58,083 nt of DNA from a virus. Lineage: Duplodnaviria; Caudoviricetes. Made by a program: the position numbers and the translations under genes. The stretch lies in IMG/VR virus record IMGVR_UViG_3300046355_000105, positions 1 through 58,083 of that record, one strand, 5' to 3'. Positions within the stretch are counted from its first letter, which is position 1. Every line of letters begins with the position of its first letter. Shown here piece by piece: positions 55,749 through 58,083 of this stretch. A model generated the notes under the pieces. That model was given only the letters and a program-made list of their open reading frames with translations. It was not told where the DNA came from and ran no database searches.

Positions 55749-56249
55749 TTATACGTTGAAACCCAGCTTTTCGAGCTGTGCCCGTGCGCGGTCTGCGTTG
55801 ATTTTCTGCTCAGCCAGCGTTGGATTGTCTGGGTCTGCTGGGTTGTACTCAGGCAACTCGTCCAGATTGAGTGACGCGCCCTCAAGTTCAGCGGTCTTTG
55901 CATCATGCAACTTGCTACGCACTACAGCCAACGGCATCCCATACGAATCAGCAATGCTGGTTAGCAACTCGCCACCCTTGTGCCTGTGTAGTATCTCTTC
56001 GCGCCATGCGTTTGGCTCTGTAGGAATAGGTACACGGATTACTTGTGGTTTGTTTGGTTGGGCTTGTGGTGTTTCTTTCTGCACACTTACTCGCAGCTCT
56101 GCTAGTGGGTCAACTGTGATGCCAAGCTCGACTGCTTTGGTCTTGAAATGTGCTCGGATGTACGACGACATAGTGTGACCTGCCGACTCGCAAATGGCCT
56201 GTATTAGTTTGTGTTCGGTCTCATCGACGCGGAAGTTGACTATTTTCAT
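55749..56249 (-). CDS. DNA-binding regulator (RHH + HTH)
   Basis: N-terminal IVNFRVDETEHKLIQAIC...TMSSYIR ribbon-helix-helix; LTSIADSYGMPLAVVRSKL helix-turn-helix. Confidence 0.65.
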   Translation of the reverse strand: MKIVNFRVDETEHKLIQAICESAGHTMSSYIRAHFKTKAVELGITVDPLAELRVSVQKETPQAQPNKPQVIRVPIPTEPNAWREEILHRHKGGELLTSIADSYGMPLAVVRSKLHDAKTAELEGASLNLDELPEYNPADPDNPTLAEQKINADRARAQLEKLGFNV

Positions 56250-56978
56250 GATTTTTCCCTCGAAAAGTGTAAAGCCTAATTATATACCACGTAACGCCTA
56301 AATAAAGTAAATATCTTCTTTAGGCTTTACATTTGCTTTACAAATTTTTTGGTAATTTGCTTAATTTTTGGGCACACCTTGCCGTTTTAGCAGCTAAATC
56401 CCACGGGATTAGTTGGGCTGGCGCTATCTTTAGCAGGGCCGAACCTCTGGGAACCCGCATGGATACTGGGTTTAGCAGATTAGCAGCAAATTTAGGCGAG
56501 AGAGAGGTTTTTATGGGGGAAGGTTTGGCTCGGCCAAACGATAATGAAAGGCTGTGTGTCTCAACTATTTCCTCTCTTATTTTTATCTGCTAAAGCTATT
56601 AATACTATAACCCTTGTTTTTGCTGTGCTGGCCCCCGTAAGTCGTTGATTTTAAAGGCTTTATTATCTCACTACATTACTCGCCATTAAAAGTTATAGCA
56701 GCAAAAAGTGGCCCTAGGTTTTATGCGGAAATCCTTATCTAAAGTCGCGCAAACCCGCATGAATAGGACTTTAGCAGCTCTACTTGGCTCTACAGCTGGG
56801 CTCGCGGGGTGGTTGCATTTTCGTCGCCCTTACGTCTTTCTTACGTCGCTAATCCCGTGGGATTACGTTGCTTTTACATCGGTCACGATTACGTCGCGGG
56901 CATGATAGTAGTGTGTTCTCATGGCGCGGCCATTCGCGCACTGCGCAGCGCATGATAGTAGTCAGGTATTGCGGACGC
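56250..56978. other. long non-coding, partly AT-rich region with iterated motifs; candidate replication origin / control region
   Basis: No credible ORF; TTAGCAG x6, AACCCGCATG x2, TTACGT x4, an IHF consensus site and two palindromic boxes. Confidence 0.5.
56638..56650 (-). promoter_or_regulatory. IHF consensus site
   Basis: Minus strand AATCAACGACTTA matches WATCAANNNNTTR. Confidence 0.55.
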
Positions 56979-57003
56979 AAAAAAGCCCGCTTGCGCGGGC
57001 TTT
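56979..57003 (-). terminator. Rho-independent terminator
   Basis: Minus strand AAAGCCCGC-GCAA-GCGGGCTTTTTT. Confidence 0.85.
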
Positions 57004-57016
57004 GGATGGCTTGGGT

Positions 57017-57643
57017 TTAGGCTGCTGCCTTGCCATGGATGCGTACACCCTTGGCCGCTTTGGTGAGAATGTACCCTTTTTCAATTAGGCGGGCTTCGAT
57101 TTTGGGGCGGTAAACTGCATCCCCCAAGTATTCCGGCAAGTTATCAAGCCACGCCGTGAACGCGTCAATTTCTTGCATGTCTGGCGCGGGTGTCGCTGCT
57201 GGGGCTTTGGCCTTTGGTGTCACTGTCTTAGGTGACACTTTACGCGCCACGCCGTTTGCTTCGCGCACCTGCTTTGCAGCGTCCCGCATTGCGTGCTTTG
57301 GCATTTTCACTGCGTCCGCTGCTTTAATGTGCTTTTCGGTTTTCTTGCCGTCCTTGCCTACTGCATCCACTGTGACGGGCGTTTGTGCTGCTGCGTGCAG
57401 TGTCAGTGCATCCACAAAAAGACTTTTTACATTGTGGCCCGCTGCCTTGAAATCGTCCGCATACAGTGAAACAACTGCAGCGATACGGCCAGAAAATGGG
57501 GTTTCAGGGTTTAATTGTTTTGCAGCTTTGGCCGCTGCGTCCTTGCAGCTTTGCAGCATTGTGCCCGCTGCTTCGCCCGCTTTGCCGATGAGTGCGCCCA
57601 CGGCTGCGTCACGTGAACCGATGATTGTGGATGATTTTGTCAT
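57017..57643 (-). CDS. Ala/Lys-rich early protein, monocistronic
   Basis: Own promoter, AGGA RBS and terminator. Confidence 0.75.
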   Translation of the reverse strand: MTKSSTIIGSRDAAVGALIGKAGEAAGTMLQSCKDAAAKAAKQLNPETPFSGRIAAVVSLYADDFKAAGHNVKSLFVDALTLHAAAQTPVTVDAVGKDGKKTEKHIKAADAVKMPKHAMRDAAKQVREANGVARKVSPKTVTPKAKAPAATPAPDMQEIDAFTAWLDNLPEYLGDAVYRPKIEARLIEKGYILTKAAKGVRIHGKAAA

Positions 57644-57721
57644 TTTGAGAATTCCTAAGTAAACAAGTAACTGATGAACCGATCAGCGCGGATGACTGCG
57701 TTTTCTTGCTGCCATGGGATT

Positions 57722-57751
57722 ATTATATACCATATCTGGCGGGTATGTCCA
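57722..57751 (-). promoter_or_regulatory. sigma70 early promoter flanked by palindromic boxes
   Basis: Minus strand TGGACA-N18-TATAAT. Confidence 0.6.
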
Positions 57752-57861
57752 CAATTTATTAATCCCACGGGATTTTCGCATGATAGTAGTTGAGGCTTGG
57801 CGCAGGCACTCGCGCACTGGGGCCAACCAAGCAGCCATGATAGTAGTGAGGCATGGCCATT

Positions 57862-57881
57862 AAAAAAGCCCCGAAGGGCTT
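57862..57881 (-). terminator. Rho-independent terminator
   Basis: Minus strand AAGCCC-TTCG-GGGCTTTTTT. Confidence 0.85.
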
Positions 57882-57885
57882 GGTG

Positions 57886-57978
57886 TCATGGAACGAGGCA
57901 GTCGAAGTACATGAGCATGAGCGCCAGCATTGGAACCATGAAAACCAACGAGCCGATGAAAGTCTTGAGCTTGTCCAT
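57886..57978 (-). CDS. 30-aa single-TM peptide, monocistronic
   Basis: AGGAG RBS; MDKLKTFIGSLVFMVPMLALMLMYFDCLVP; own promoter and terminator. Confidence 0.65.
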   Translation of the reverse strand: MDKLKTFIGSLVFMVPMLALMLMYFDCLVP

Positions 57979-58009
57979 AAAATCTCCTAGTGAGTAAGTC
58001 AGTGAGATG

Positions 58010-58038
58010 ATTATACACCCGATGGTCTGGATGGTCAG
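58010..58038 (-). promoter_or_regulatory. sigma70 early promoter
   Basis: Minus strand CTGACC-N17-TATAAT. Confidence 0.65.
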
Positions 58039-58083
58039 GCCGCAGGATGATAGTAGTGAAGGGGCACCCACCCCCCACAGGCC

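Larger units (their letters stand above)
42550..57775. repeat. dispersed 16-bp palindrome TAATCCCRYGGGATTA
   Basis: Copies start at 42550, 46782, 48817, 50196, 51596, 52562, 53743, 54708, 55645, 56396, 56850 and 57760; partial copy at 57712; degenerate copy at 120. Confidence 0.92.
45324..58001 (-). repeat. start-associated 13-mer (mRNA consensus YCACUURUUYACU)
   Basis: Plus-strand AGTRAAYAAGTGR-like copies at 45324, 48536, 50153, 50438, 52120, 52545, 55621, 57658 and 57989. Confidence 0.8.
56901..58057. repeat. direct repeat (C/G)ATGATAGTAGT x5
   Basis: Copies at 56901, 56951, 57779, 57836 and 58046. Confidence 0.85.

Noticed and set aside
56333-56905. ORFs 56333-56593 and 56708-56905 on the + strand
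   Set aside because: Opposite to local transcription, TTG/GTG starts without RBS, and running through repeat-rich non-coding DNA.
42550-57775. Palindromic repeats as a CRISPR array or integron attC array
   Set aside because: Spacing is irregular (tens of bp to several kb), copies are only 16 bp with whole genes between them, there are no attC R-box features, and no cas1/2 or integrase is present.
1-58083. Terminal direct repeats or att sites
   Set aside because: No extended repeat between the two ends was seen; completeness and terminus type cannot be established from this window.

Overview
The window looks like an essentially complete ~58 kb dsDNA tailed-phage genome with a podovirus-type gene set: no tape measure or tail tube/sheath, but tail adaptor/nozzle and ejection proteins. 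The Rz/Rz1 spanins point to a Gram-negative host. The left arm (+ strand, ~190-32,528) carries packaging (TerS, HNH, TerL, portal), head, tail and fibre genes, an expanded lysis cassette, a GNAT / pilot protein / PAPS-reductase-like block, ejection proteins including a 1954-aa zincin-motif protein, and small Lys-rich ORFs. The right arm (- strand, ~58,000 to 32,529) carries sigma70-type early promoters, many small early genes, MoxR AAA + VWA/metallopeptidase, an Nmad5-like gene, and a replication module (family A polymerase, Cas4-like nuclease, VRR-NUC, SNF2 helicase, SSB-like, primase-helicase, MazG-like). No integrase, RNA polymerase, tRNA, CRISPR array or reverse transcriptase was seen. The most notable unexplained signals are: (1) ~14 copies of a 16-bp palindrome TAATCCCRYGGGATTA, almost all in the early arm, built into stop/start codons and even coding sequence; (2) a 13-nt start-associated motif just upstream of early-gene RBSs; (3) a PP-loop/Fe-S enzyme translationally coupled inside the ejection-protein operon, next to a GNAT; (4) an intergenic hairpin RNA with a loop-E/sarcin-ricin motif; (5) exact 24- and 26-bp repeats bracketing the variable tips of two tail fibres. 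All product calls come from motif recognition by eye, not from database searches.
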